Assembly (NCBI GenBank): GCA_043228905.1
Contig: JBHGNT010000009.1
Location: 3,906,001 to 3,970,000 of the forward strand
Length of the DNA: 64,000 nt
Origin: Azolla caroliniana
Lineage: Eukaryota; Plantae; Polypodiophyta
Direction: 5' to 3'
The position numbers were made by a program, and so were the translations under genes. Numbering within the stretch: position 1 is the first letter of the stretch; the number at the start of each line of letters is the position of its first letter. Positions 1 through 12,785 of the stretch are shown here, in pieces. The notes under the pieces are model-generated. The model did no database searches. It was not told where the DNA came from and saw only the letters and a program-made list of their open reading frames with translations.

Positions 1-843
1 ATTTTGCATCTGCTTCGAAAAGGTGCACTCTAGGTGGTTAAGAGCCACCATTAACGAGGCAGTTTCGACTGCAAGAAATCATGTCTTGACATAAAAATGA
101 AATGTAAAACTTGTCAAGCGTCTTTGTATCTCATTGATATGCAAAATACTGTTTTCCTTTGTTTGCATCTTTTTTATCACTCTCTGCGTCCATATGCTTG
201 ATGGGTTGGTTGCCTTACATATCGGAACCTTGGTTGTTAGGCTAGTGAACTTTATGGATAAGGGAATTTGAATATTTAGAGATAAGCATCTTGATCAATG
301 CTCTCTTAAGACATACTTTTGGAATTTCAAGAAAATTGATTTACATCGGGGAAAAGAAAGTTTGAAATGCAAAATTAAATCATGTCTTAAATGAAAATTT
401 CCCAAGAGCTACCCAAGGGAGTATAGATATAAACATGTACATTGAATTTAAGGAATTTCTTGTATAATGGAGAGAACATACTCACTGAGAGTTTTTTGTG
501 AAGTATGGGAGAACAATGCAACAATCTTTGGGGAGGTACCATAATAATTGCCTTTAGGGAGAGGACATTGAGAAGTGTGCCAAACGTTATAAATCTTTGT
601 CATACAATCCAATCATTGTCCTTTATAAGTAGATCCATTGCTTTGGGGGTGTTTTGTGTCTCAAATTTGTGGAATGTCTTGCTAATAAAAATTTCCTTAT
701 GACATAAATAAAGTTTTATAGATTAGTTGGTGAATTCTTGCATACTCATTGAACCTTTGATGTTAGCTTCTTTCTCATGTATTTGAGGAGATGAAATCTG
801 TGGTATTTGGATCAACAAAATGATCAAACATTTTTATGAATGC

Positions 844-879
<36 letters not shown>

Positions 880-1440
880 CTATGAAATCATGAATCGAAG
901 CTATGTCTCAATTTGTTATAGAAAAGATAGAGAAAAACATTGAATTAAGAAATTCCTTACAATAGGATGTATTAGCGAGCGTCGGCGGACAGGAATATTG
1001 TTCCAATTGGGCCTATGAGTGAGTGTGTGTGTGTCAATTATCAATGTCTTTGGAATTTATTAACAATTTCTGTTGCACCTTGCCCCCTAATATGAGCAAG
1101 AAGAAGACACGCACGTGTCAACGACTGTGTCTCCTTGATGATTTTCTTTTCTTTTCTTTGGGTAGCATGTCATCAAGGATCCCACGAGTTCCGTTATTGG
1201 CTTGTGATAAGCCAGGAGTGATGATGGGCCCCAGAGCTGTGGGTTGGGGCCTTCGAAACACGGGATAGGATCGCGAACCCGAGTGCGTGAAGCGGGGTTG
1301 TCGTCGGTCGGTCAGTGGGCATGGCCACGATAGTCTCACATATGAGTTGTGTAGGCACGAGACGAGTGGGCGGGGGCCCGGGGGTTTGTAGAGGTGGCCG
1401 TGTCGGTCGGGCAGACAAGATGGTTGGTTGGTGGCAGGAG

Positions 1441-1745
1441 GAGGAGGAGGAGGAGGAGGAGGAGGGGCCAAGAAGAAGAAGAAGAAGAAGAGGAAAATGG
1501 TTGGTGTTGGTGTTGGTTTTGGGAGGGACAAATGGGCCAAAACACAAAGACAACTCTCTGACAGTCTCCTCTACTTCTTCTTTCTTCTTTCTTTCTTTCT
1601 TCTTCTTCTTCTTCTTCTTCTTCTTCTTCTTTGTTCTTCTTCTTGTTTCTGCAGTATATGGCAAAACATTTGTTCCTTCTGATGCGAGACGAAGTTGGAG
1701 AGGAGGAGGAAGAAGAAGAAGAAGAAGAAGAAGAAGAAGAAGGAG
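1441..1745. repeat. Trinucleotide tracts (GAG)n(AAG)n, (TTC)n and (AGA)n upstream of the PCF11 start
   Basis: Directly visible at ~1441-1491, ~1573-1644 and ~1699-1745. They account for the long low-complexity ORFs on both strands. Confidence 0.95.
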
Positions 1746-1917
1746 AAGCCGCCGCCGTCTCCCCCTCCGCCTCCGCAGCAGCAGCTGCGGCGATAGCAAC
1801 GGCACCGAAACTGATACAGCAGCAGACGTAGAAGCAGAGGTACGCAGACAGAAAGAAGTAAAGAGAGAACGGGAAGGAAGAAGACTCGCGGCAGGTGAAA
1901 TAAAGGAAGCCATCGCT

Positions 1918-4900
1918 ATGAATTTCTCCGTCGAGCAGCAGCAGCAGCAACAACAACAACAGCAGCAGCAGCAGCAGCAGCAGCAAAGACGAACCATTGT
2001 TGAAAGGAAACGCGAGCTCGCTCTGCAGAGCCGACTAGCAGCAGCTCCCCCGCCTTCTCTTATTCCACCTTTAGCAGAAGAAAAATTGCTCGAAGGAGGA
2101 AGAAAAACAGAAACGAATCAGATGGAAATGGTGAGCCGTTTCAAGGAGAACGGAAATGGTGATGGTCCCCCTCTCAGTTTCAACTCGCCGGAATTTCTTC
2201 TTGCCAAGAAACGGCCCGCCGAAGTTTCTCCTTTAGGTTTCGAAAGAAAGATTGCTGTTCTTTCTGCACCTCTCGTAAGAGAGAAAGAAGAAGAGAAAGA
2301 GAAGATCAGAGATTTAGGAGAGGATATGGTAGAACAGACAGAGAAGGATACGTCTCCTGAAGCCATACAGGAAATCGTGGCGCAGTATAAGGCTGATTTG
2401 TGTGAACTTACTGTGAACTCGAAGATAATCATAACTAGACTTACTATCATTGCTGGAGACAATATTCATGCTGCCAAGGGTATTGCGACAGCTATTTGTA
2501 CACACATTCTAGAGGTAAGCTGTGTCAAATGTCTTCCATTATATGCTGATACTAAACATGATCTATGTAAAATTTCTGCCATTCTTTGTGAATAAATGTA
2601 TGAGGTAAGATATGCAGAATTCGACCTTTTATTTGAGGAAGTGTATGGTACAAGCTATGACTTTTCTTCCATTAAATGTATGTAGTAGCCATATGGATTC
2701 TCTACCATCATATGTGCATAATGGATGTGGAAATCTGTGAATTTTCTGCCATTGAATATATGCAGTAAGTATAGGAATTCTTTGTCATGCTATATTTAGA
2801 AACGTATAAGTCAATTTCTGCCATTTTATATGAATAAATGTATGAAATAAGCTGAATAAATTTTCTGCTCTTCTATGTACAGAAATGAGTGATGCAAGCT
2901 GTGAAATTTCTGCCATTTTTTGTGCATAAATGTATGCAGTAAGCCATGTGAAATTCTAGCTATTTTATGTGCATAAATGCTTGAGGTAAACTATTGTATT
3001 ATCTAAGAGTATGAGGTAAGCCATGTGTATTTTCTGCCATTTTATGTGCATAAATGCGTGAGGTAAATCACATGTTTCTGCCATTTTATGTGTGTAAAGG
3101 GTCAAGCTATATGAATGTTTAGAGTTTCTACCATTTTATATGCTTAAAGCTATGATGTAAGACATTTAAATTTGCTGCCATTACAGGATATCTGAAATCG
3201 ATGTTTTTTTATCTAGATCTACATTTTAGCAACTGCCTGTTTGAATTGAAATTTTACACTTATATTTTGCAGGTGCCAAGTGATCAAAAGTTACCGTGTC
3301 TTTATCTTCTTGATAGTATTGTGAAGAATATTGGCCGTGAGTATATTGACCTTTTTGCTGCAAGGTTACCTGAGGTGAGTCAACAAATTAAAGCTTTGAA
3401 AAGAATGCTACTTGGAAGAATGACGTTCATCGTTTTTTTCCATAGTTGTGCTATAGTTAATGCAAGTTTCTTGTAGGATTTATAAGATCCATTACACAAT
3501 ACCTCAATAAACAAGGGCAATAAATCTTGTTGCAGTATATATGTTACAAATAGAACCATGACAATAAGTGAGGGTTTCATTGGATCTGGACCAAGAGACT
3601 AGCAATGGATTGTCTGTAAATATTGCATTTTCTGAATTCCTACAAAAACATTTTGAAGCAAACATCAAAGATGGGTCATGGTCTACCTGATGATTGATTA
3701 CATGTATGTAGAAGGTTTTAGGTACATTTGTTAGTCTGAGCTGTCACTGATTGGGGCTGATGTCTGGTGTTATCTGATCAGGAAGGTCTTTAACTTCTAT
3801 GAACATGTATTTACTTTGAATTTTGGTGGATCATACAGGTGTTCGGTGAAGCATACAGACAAGTTGATCCTTCACTGCATCCAAAGATGAAGCGATTGTT
3901 TGAAACATGGAGAGAGGTATTCCCAGGAGATCCACTGTTCCGAATAGAGGCCAAATTGCAATTCAATTCAGTTCCATCCACTTCTTTGACAGCTTCAAGA
4001 CCTACCGAATCTCCTCCTCAACGTCCAGGCCATGGCATTCATGTAAATCCTAGTTATCTTGAAGCCCAGAGGCAAAGACTTCAGCAGGCTAGCGAAGTAA
4101 GTAGAGCTTCATTATCTATATGAAACAGAATGTAATCTGTAAAGTGGTTTGTTTATAAGTAATGTGATAATTTGGGTAGCTAGTCTTGAAAATACAGGCT
4201 ACTGTTTTTATTTGGTTGTATTTTTGGGTCAAGGTAAAGAGTGAGATGATCCTTCTTTGATTGTGTGCGAAAGGAAGCAAACAATTATGTGAAAGAAAGA
4301 GTATATTAAAATCTCTAGAACACATAGGGGTATTTGTGTATGATAGTCAAATAGTAATCATATGTATGAAGAGAATTCTAGAATTTGTGGGGGAATGAAT
4401 AGTAAACAGTATAACTCTATTGTGCATGTCGTAATATCTTTCTTTCAAAGGCAATTGGCTGATGCTGTTTGTAAACTTTAAGAAAAACACACTACATTTA
4501 GATGCTCTTTTAATGACTATGAAGATTGAATAAGCATAGTTCTTATGGGGTGTGTTTCGGTTTATGTTCCAGCCCCCTGCAAGAAGTCCTGAAAAAGATT
4601 CCTTTGCTTCTGAATTCCGAGCAAGAAAAAGTTTCGGAGACAGTTTTCTGGATTATGATTATGTTTGCACAGACATAGGAGCCAAAATCGGTAAGGAAAG
4701 GTCGCGAAGTGAAGAAGAACCTTGGGAAAAGGGATGGCCCAAGGATGATACCACTTTGAGGCCAAGCAACAATGAGCTAGAGCAACAGTACGGTCATGGG
4801 AATGTCTATGAGGGGAGGCAATCTACTCCAAGGCTTCTTATAGATGCGTACGGTAACATAAGAGTGCCACCAGCATTGAAGAACCCTCCAGCATCTACAG

Positions 4901-7240
4901 TGATCCAGAGAGACCGTGGGCAAGGAAGAGGAGGTCCATGGCAGGAGCAAAGCACTATATGGGATGAAAAGGTTCCAAGGCTCATGGACAATGATCGTAA
5001 CTGGGAGACATCCCGTAGAGGCAATTGGTATCCTGGAGATGTGGACAAAGATTTAACCCGTGTTGGACTGGGAAAGGCAACAGGGACTACTGAATGGCAC
5101 TATGATACTGCCATGCATTCAATGAGTCAACAAAGCAACATTAGTTTTCAAAGAGTATGAATTTTCTTATCCATTACATTAGTTTTCATTGGTTTTCGTA
5201 TTATTTTGGTTGGTTACATAAGGACAATTTACTCTGTTTTACAGGATCAGCAAGAAAATTCGTTGATACATCAAGAAGCTGGGATAGGCATCAGTGCAAA
5301 TTTGGAAGCTCGACCAGTTCCCCCTTATCCCTTGTCTCCCCATGCAAGTTCGCCATTGCAAAGGCTTCATTCGCCACACTTTATTCAGCCTGGCACACTT
5401 CCTCCAAGTTTACATATGCAAGTGTCAACAAGACCTCCGCTGCATCCTCAGAGTATTGTAACTTCTCAAGTAAGCACTCAGCAGCCTGTGCCACCTCCAA
5501 CAATGAATCCATCACAATGGCAAGGCCATGTTATTGTCACAAGCATGTCTCAAACAGGTGAACAAAAAATATCAATGCATCAGCCTTTACATGAACAGCA
5601 GTTTGGACTTCCTTTTCAGCCTTCTAAGGGTGAAGCAGGAACTGCATCTTTAGATCAGGCGTTGCAACCTCAGCAATTACCTCAGAGCTCAACAGCCCTT
5701 CCCATTTCAGCTGACTTGTTAAACTCGTTAAAACAGTTGCAAGCTAGTCTGCAACCTTTGAAAAACCATCCAGCGAAACATACCCAGATACTTAAACCTG
5801 ACCATGTTTATGTCAAGCAGACCTCACAACCACTTTTGGAACATAATTTACAGCCTTCCCAATTTGGACAAGTCAAAAAGGCTTCTGAATCTGTCCAACC
5901 AGTCTCACAAGGTCAGCAACCTAGCCAGCTTCTCACAGCATTTCTCAGTAGTGGAATTACGGGTTTACAACCTCAATTAATGCCTAGTGGACATGCACAA
6001 TTTGGGTTTCCTGTCACAACTATATCTCTACCAACAACCCAAAATGTTATAACACCGGTTTCTGCTCCATTACAACCATCTCAGCAACCTCCTCTTCCAC
6101 CTGGTCCCCCACCATCATCCCACGTGGTAAACATCCCATTACAGCCTATGAGTAACATCACATCTCTCCTGTCTTCGTTAATGGCGCAGGGTGTCATTTC
6201 ACCTGTTAATTCTTTATCACAACCAAAGGTTGTCGCAGCGAGTACTACTACTGTTTCTAGTCAGAATTTCAATGTTGCAGCTGAATCTGGAAAAGCTTCA
6301 CTTAATTTTCAGAGTGCCACAGTTACTGATGTTTCCTTGGAACAGAGAAAACAGGAGTCAGTCGGTTTAGAATTCAAGCCTGAAGTTCTAAGAGAACGAC
6401 ACGACTCTATTTTACATGATCTTTACCCAAATGTGCTTGAACAGTGCAAAATATGTGGGCTTCGTTGCAAGTCCCAGGGTGATTTGGTAAGGCATACTGA
6501 TTGGCATGCTTCAAGAGACCATAATCGCGTTTCAGAAATGTTATCTAGAGGATGGTATGAAGATAAGGAGGAGTGGATCAAAGGAACTGATTTCTCTGCA
6601 TTTATCCATCGATTTCCGCCTGGTGCCTTAGCTGATGAAAGTTGTTCGGTAGTTGAAGAAGAAGAACCATCTGTTCTTGCAAATGAAAATCAGCCTACAT
6701 GTACATTGTGTGGGGAACCATTTGAGGACTTTTATAGCGATGAAAAAGAGGAGTGGATGTACAAGGGTGCGGTTTATATGAATACAGATTCAAGCGTGGA
6801 CAAAGGCTCAATTGTTCATGCAAAATGCCTTTCCAACTCAGACATTAGCGGTACAAACTTACTGGTAAGTCCTAAGCATTATGTCTGAATAAAATTTTCT
6901 CGAACCTTGTTATTGTATTTTGTTTGAAGAAAGATAGAAAATCTTTGGTTTTTGAAATATGAATGTATACCACATACATCATCTACCATGCATAGGATTC
7001 AGCCACATTACATTCTCGCTTCTCGAATTTCATTTCCATAATTTACTGGTTTTGTTTTCTGGTCATATCTGACCAGAAATGGAGATTATAGGCAGGTTGT
7101 CTTGTTACTGGGTTTTGGGCATTCGGCTTTTAAATCAAGCATAGTTGACGAAGCACAATTCATCTCTACTGATAAACAATGAATGACTGCAGGAAACAGA
7201 ACATGATCTGGAGCATATCAACAAAAAAGTTCGGTTCTGA
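1918..7240 (+). CDS. PCFS4: PCF11/PCFS4-like pre-mRNA cleavage and polyadenylation factor, 6 coding exons, ~1068 aa
   Basis: Exons 1918-2514, 3273-3374, 3839-4096, 4573-5154, 5245-6864, 7193-7240, all GT-AG and in frame (3207 nt). CID domain (ELTVNSK..., [17 protein letters not shown]), plant HGIHVNP and LIDAYG motifs, C-terminal zinc fingers (CKICG..H.DWH; [32 protein letters not shown]). The start is uncertain (ATG 1918 or 2121). Confidence 0.9.
2515..3190 (+). repeat. Degenerate ~46-bp minisatellite filling PCF11 intron 1
   Basis: TTTCTGCCATT-like core recurs near 2573, 2743, 2815, 2862, 2907, 2953, 3031, 3075, 3125 and 3172. Approximate unit TTTCTGCCATTTTATGTGCATAAATGTATGAGGTAAGCCATGTGAAA. 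Confidence 0.85.
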
Positions 7241-10200
7241 AACTTTTGCAGACTAGATCCAGCAAGTGTAACATATTTACTAAGTGATAGCACAAGGATT
7301 TGAAAGAATAGGCTCTGAAATCTTATGCCTTGTGATATTTAACTCTATGCTTTGGTAAGCATGATAGGCTCCTGTACTGGTTCCATATGGGAGTTTTCTG
7401 TGCAGATGCCTGAACATGTAATAGTTGTGTAATACTACTTACACTGAAGACGTAGGGCTGAAGAGGTGGCATTAGTCTTGTACCAAAAATGACCTACTAA
7501 ATAGCAGATTCAATCTGCAACAAAGGAAAGAAGCGGAGACAGAATTTGTGGCTTCTGATTGCTGGAACCAGAAGTAATGGTTAAGTTAATTGGTTTCACA
7601 TGATTATATCAACTGTCAAGTCAATACCACATCATTTCAGAAATTTGGATCTATTAATGTGAACATGAATATAATGAGATCAAAATGCATGTTTCTATGA
7701 TCGTAGGTAAAATAGTTACAGCTAGAATGGATTCCTTTGGATGAACGAAAATGTTTCCTTGGGTGAAAATTCATGTGTTCGACATTAAATAAGTAGCAGC
7801 ATAGCCTTATCATTATGATTTATCAATGTCCCACTCATTGATAATAACTTTTTAAACTTGATCACCGAGGATGCCAACAGATCTTTCTCTCTTTTTCGGC
7901 AGGCAAATGTATTATATTATTATACAACACAAGATAATAATAGAAGGGTGGTACTGATCACAATCCTGTATCACACTGAGAACATGATGTTACAGCAAAT
8001 TGTAGACTGGTCCCCTTTCTCTCAACATGGATTTGTGTTGGCTCACCAATCATGCTATTATAAGTGTCTCTGTCCCATCATAATGTATTGGATGGATCGA
8101 GGCTATCACTTGTAATGGGACCTATTCAATATCTTAGTGAGAAGATCCATGCCCCAGTTGTCGGTGAGATACATTGGGGATGATTTTTTGGTGGATCCTA
8201 GCATACATATAATCTCTTAAAATTTCTGTGGTGGAAGTTCTATGTCGTGGACAAGTTTTGTTAGCTCTTTCTTTTGCATTTTCTAGGTTTCCTAAATCAA
8301 TTTCACCCCTTAAAGATGTTAAACATGATCTCCTTTGTTTTGTTGGTCATACCCTACCTTCACAAGTACCAGCACTTTTCAGCAAGTACACATTCACTTG
8401 TAATGAAGGGTCAATATTAATGTTGTAGAAGTAGCTTTGATCTTCATGACTGTCTCACCATTTTTCTCTTCACGATTGTTGCTCTTAATGAGTTGGTACA
8501 CAGTTTGGCATTGGAATTTTTTGACATGAAGAAAATTGGCATTTGGCATTATGATTGAATACATTCTGTTGTTATTGATGTACTTTCGCTCGTCATATCC
8601 TAACTACACGAAATAATGTAACAACTTTATGCATGCTTTGACTTTTGTTGAAGAATATGATACTCTTCTTAGTTAATGGTCACATGTGTCTAAGTTCAAA
8701 CAGTGGTTACCACAATAATGTGATAATCATGCAAGCCAACTAAGCATATCTCTAAGATATAATTACATTATGCATAATAATGTATGCATTGGTTGTTTTA
8801 GGTTAGTTTATTAAATAATGTGTTGGTATATTGTTTGTTAAGAAATCTTGGTAGAGGTAGCGAGATATTAGTGGGTAAATTTTGAAGGTCTTACCTTTAT
8901 ACATCATATCTAGATTCACAAGGTTGCATTATTTATATTGTTGTGGTAAAGCGTGTACATTACAACATTCTTTGTTAAGTGATGATGGTTTCCATGTTGT
9001 GGCCGTTAGAAATTTATCTTCAGTTTGTGTTCATGAGACAAGTGGTTTTCTCAATGGAAATGGCTTTACAATATTGACCTAGATCTTTAAAATGCAATGG
9101 TTGAAAGGAGAATTTTCCAGTGTCCACCTCAACGTTGGTGGTTGCAAGTAAACATATTTATGGAGTTTAAATTGGTTGCGACGAGGTTTGTGTAATTTCA
9201 TGCTCTAGTTTGTCTTTGTGAAGTCTCCAAAGAATTGACTTATTGATTCAGATATTTCGATTTTCAAGAAGGCTCGTGATCTTCGTGACCATTTCTTATC
9301 CATCACCAAGTGTTTCTTAGATAATATATGGTGGTGAAAATAACAATCCACAATGTAATGCATTGCCTCTTCTTTGCACACATAGTGATAAATATACTTC
9401 TAGAACCAAATTAAAGAGAGAAAATCTAGGAGTAAGCTATGCATATCATGGAGAATCTTAGATTTTATGCGAACATTATAAAGAGATGCTGGTTAGAATC
9501 GGAGCGGATGTGAAAGGATGTGAAAGGATGAGAATTGCCTCATCTTTATTTGATTGACCAGACTAGCATTTGTCGATGCAATCGATAAGCATACCCCACT
9601 AAGATAAGCGACACTTTCGAATAGGGTCACCGATCAACATTTCTCATCGGGCTATTCATCAATTCAGAGGCGGTCATGAGACCGAGCTCGAAAAAAATGG
9701 AGAACATTTCCATTGTGATAGCCTACTCGGAATCGAGCCGATGGTTTCTTCTTGAAATGGTAGAGTGTTTCATCGTTCTCTCTCTCTCGATCATAACATA
9801 GATGTGAAGAAAGTGTGGGGGGGGAAGTAAGCTACAGGCACATACGAATAGTGTGCGTAAAAAAGAGAGGACATATGTTCTTGTAAAAGATATGCATTGG
9901 GAGTTAAAATTCGAGGGCACTCGCGGGATGCCTAATGATGCGATCCAAAAATGACTAGGAAATAATGTACATAAAAAGCTTTCGGTGTCCTGATGAAGTC
10001 TTTTCATACCCGCCGATTTGACCAAAGTTCAAAATAGTCTGCATAGTGTGAACACCTTTTTTGGTCTTGGATTGATCTGCCATGGTTCTTTCTTCTTCTT
10101 CTTCCTCATCTTCTTTAATTGTCTCCTTTTTGCTTCCTGTCATTACAAGCTTCAAGTTTCCTCTTTATCATTCTATCATCCGAGGATTCCCCCTGTAATA

Positions 10201-11102
10201 GGGAAGATGTTCATTCACTGACACATCAGAGATCAGAGAGCAGACCTACCGAAGCTCTCTGATTGCTAATCAAGGTATGAAAAGCTTGAATCTTGCTCTC
10301 TGAATGTTTCCACCTTCTGGGTATCATTTAAATCAAGTAATCCTAAGAAATAGAGAAAATTTTCATCATATATAGCTCAGATGCCATAAGCGCATCATTT
10401 TGTGAGAGCCTTCTAAAGCTCATTAATGATGTAGGATAGGTGATTACAATTCAAAGTAGAAAGATCTATGAAAATATTATTTTAGAGAACCAAGCATATA
10501 TAATTCAGAGGTAAAGAAACTTTTTTTTATCATAGATTCATCATGTATCAGAGCCATTGATCATAGAGGATAGATTATCATAACCAAGATCCTGGGATTT
10601 ATTAAAATAATAGTTTGGAACATCCAAAGCTCACATCAACTAAGCCTAAAGGGTTATAATTCTAAAACAAAGGGTTTTTTCACGTAAGCTCATAATGTAT
10701 TGGAGTAATCTAAATTTCATTAATGGTATGTCATCAAGATTACAGTCCAAAAACAACAGGTTCTAAGAAAACAGTATATTTGGACATCTGAAACTCAAAT
10801 GAACCAAGTTCAGAGGGTTGTAGAATATATTTTGGAAAGATAGTTTTTCTTTGGCATAAGCCCAACATGTATTGGAGCCTATCTAAAGCTTATTAAGCTT
10901 ATATGTCGTGATGGATCATAGCTGAAGAGCAGTGGACTGATGAAGCATCAAAATCTCATTTTGGATAAATCATGGAGGATATAATCTAAAAAGTGAAAGG
11001 TCTATGAAACTGTACTTTGAAGCATCTAAAGCTAATGTAAAATAAGTGTAATACTCTCATTATTTTGTTGAGTTAAGGTATCACAACAATAGCTGAACAA
11101 AA

Positions 11103-12785
11103 ATGTTTGGACCGATAAATTCTATCCACAGTGGTATATCTAGACATGTTGTCCTTGAACAACATCAGTTTGGCCAAAGTAATAATGATGAAGACATGCC
11201 CTTCTATGTCCGACCAACAAATATTTTTTCTATAGATCAACTTGGTGGTAGTCTCTCTGGAGTACATAATCATGCATTAACACATGCACAAGAAACTATA
11301 TCACCCTCCAAATCTCCTGAAGGACATCATGTCAACATGCACTTGCCAGGATTGAACACATACAAGGATTTTATTCCCCCTATTATAAACCAGAGTCTGG
11401 GATCCAATCAAGTTCAGGTGAGCTATGGAAACTTGCCAAAACTTGGTTCTCAAGATAGACGTGGTACAGCAAAAGTTTTATTGGATGTACTATTTGTGGT
11501 TCAAGAAAAGATTCAGAAATTAATAGATGTAGTGCAACTCACGGATGAGGAAGGAGAGCAAAATGGCCAACTACAATCTGTGGTGGGAAGCGTCACCTCA
11601 ATTATGTCTCAACTATTTGCAGCCACGTCCAGTTTATTAGAACATCAAATCCCACCCCCAACATTGCCACCACATGCCCATTTATCGTTACCTCAACCGA
11701 ACCAAGCATTTGATATAAGGGTGGATACTTTCCACGATAATGGAATGTCCAATTCTTCTCTTTTCACACCATTTGGAGCTTTCACACATGAGAGCTTCTT
11801 CGCCCCTACTGATTTGGAAACAGATATACCCATCCGAGACATTGTTGAAGCAAGTCGTGTTGGAATAGTAGACATGGAACCAAAAGAGCAGGGAAAGGCT
11901 TGTGCATTGGCTGAGACAAAAAACAACCTTTATTCTGAGGATGCCATAAATAATGCTGCTCAAAATGGTATCATTCAGAAGGGTATTGTTATTGAAAATA
12001 GTTCACCAAAGGAAAGTCCTAATAATGCAATTGAATCTCACAACATTTGTGTTATGGCTAGGATTGGAAGTCAAGGTCTGATGTCTGCAGAAGATCATCA
12101 AAATGGCAACTTGTTTCAAAATAATACACCCAAACAAAGCCCTCATAATGGGGTTGAAGCTACCAATATTCATGGTGTGGATATACTTAGAAATAAAGCT
12201 CCAATGCTTGGAGAAGATTGTAATATGGCTAATTTGTTCAAAGAAGAGGATGAGGAAGGTGAAGGCGAGAGCTTGCCTCCGGAATCCTATGAACTAATTG
12301 AGATGGCAGCGACTGAGATCCTTGCTGAACACACTCATTTCTGTGACATATGTGGGAAAGGATTCAAGAGGGATGCAAATCTGCGCATGCATATGCGTGG
12401 TCATGGTGATGAGTATAAGACTCCGGCGGCACTTGCTAGGCCTGATAAGGCTATTTATGATTCGTTGGCAATAAAATTTCGAAGATACTCGTGTCCATAT
12501 ATCGGGTGCAAAAGGAATAAGAATCACCGGAAATTCAACCCATTGAAGACCATGCTCTGTGTGAAGAATCACTATAAGCGAAGTCACTGTCCAAAGTTGC
12601 TTGCTTGCACTAAATGCAAAACAAAGAAATTTTCCGTTGTTGCAGATTTAAAAACCCACGAAAAGCACTGTGGTAGGGACAAGTGGCAGTGTTCTTGCGG
12701 AACAACATTTTCACGGAAAGATAAGCTTGTTGGCCACATGAGTCTATTTGTGGGGCATATTCCGATGTATGAAGTGGAAATATAG
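11103..12785 (+). CDS. STOP1: STOP1-like C2H2 zinc-finger transcription factor, single coding exon, 560 aa
   Basis: Contains [86 protein letters not shown] and [17 protein letters not shown], the four-finger STOP1/ART1 signature. A probable 5'UTR intron starts at 10275 (AAG|GTATGA). Confidence 0.92.
   Translation: MFGPINSIHSGISRHVVLEQHQFGQSNNDEDMPFYVRPTNIFSIDQLGGSLSGVHNHALTHAQETISPSKSPEGHHVNMHLPGLNTYKDFIPPIINQSLGSNQVQVSYGNLPKLGSQDRRGTAKVLLDVLFVVQEKIQKLIDVVQLTDEEGEQNGQLQSVVGSVTSIMSQLFAATSSLLEHQIPPPTLPPHAHLSLPQPNQAFDIRVDTFHDNGMSNSSLFTPFGAFTHESFFAPTDLETDIPIRDIVEASRVGIVDMEPKEQGKACALAETKNNLYSEDAINNAAQNGIIQKGIVIENSSPKESPNNAIESHNICVMARIGSQGLMSAEDHQNGNLFQNNTPKQSPHNGVEATNIHGVDILRNKAPMLGEDCNMANLFKEEDEEGEGESLPPESYELIEMAATEILAEHTHFCDICGKGFKRDANLRMHMRGHGDEYKTPAALARPDKAIYDSLAIKFRRYSCPYIGCKRNKNHRKFNPLKTMLCVKNHYKRSHCPKLLACTKCKTKKFSVVADLKTHEKHCGRDKWQCSCGTTFSRKDKLVGHMSLFVGHIPMYEVEI

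Noticed and set aside
1118-1997. Long overlapping ORFs on both strands (poly-L, poly-C, poly-R, poly-K)
   Set aside because: Products of stop-free trinucleotide repeats. Only the + frame from ATG 1918 leads into a recognisable domain.
2515-3190. Repeat arrays considered as CRISPR-like (also 44712-44930)
   Set aside because: Units are contiguous degenerate tandem copies without unique spacers, inside spliceosomal introns, with no cas genes.
3686-3782. Possible intronic box C/D snoRNA (TGATGA...CTGA with CCTGA/TCAGG ends)
   Set aside because: The stem overlaps the C box, the box lacks the leading purine, and I recognised no rRNA or snRNA antisense element. snoscan would be needed.
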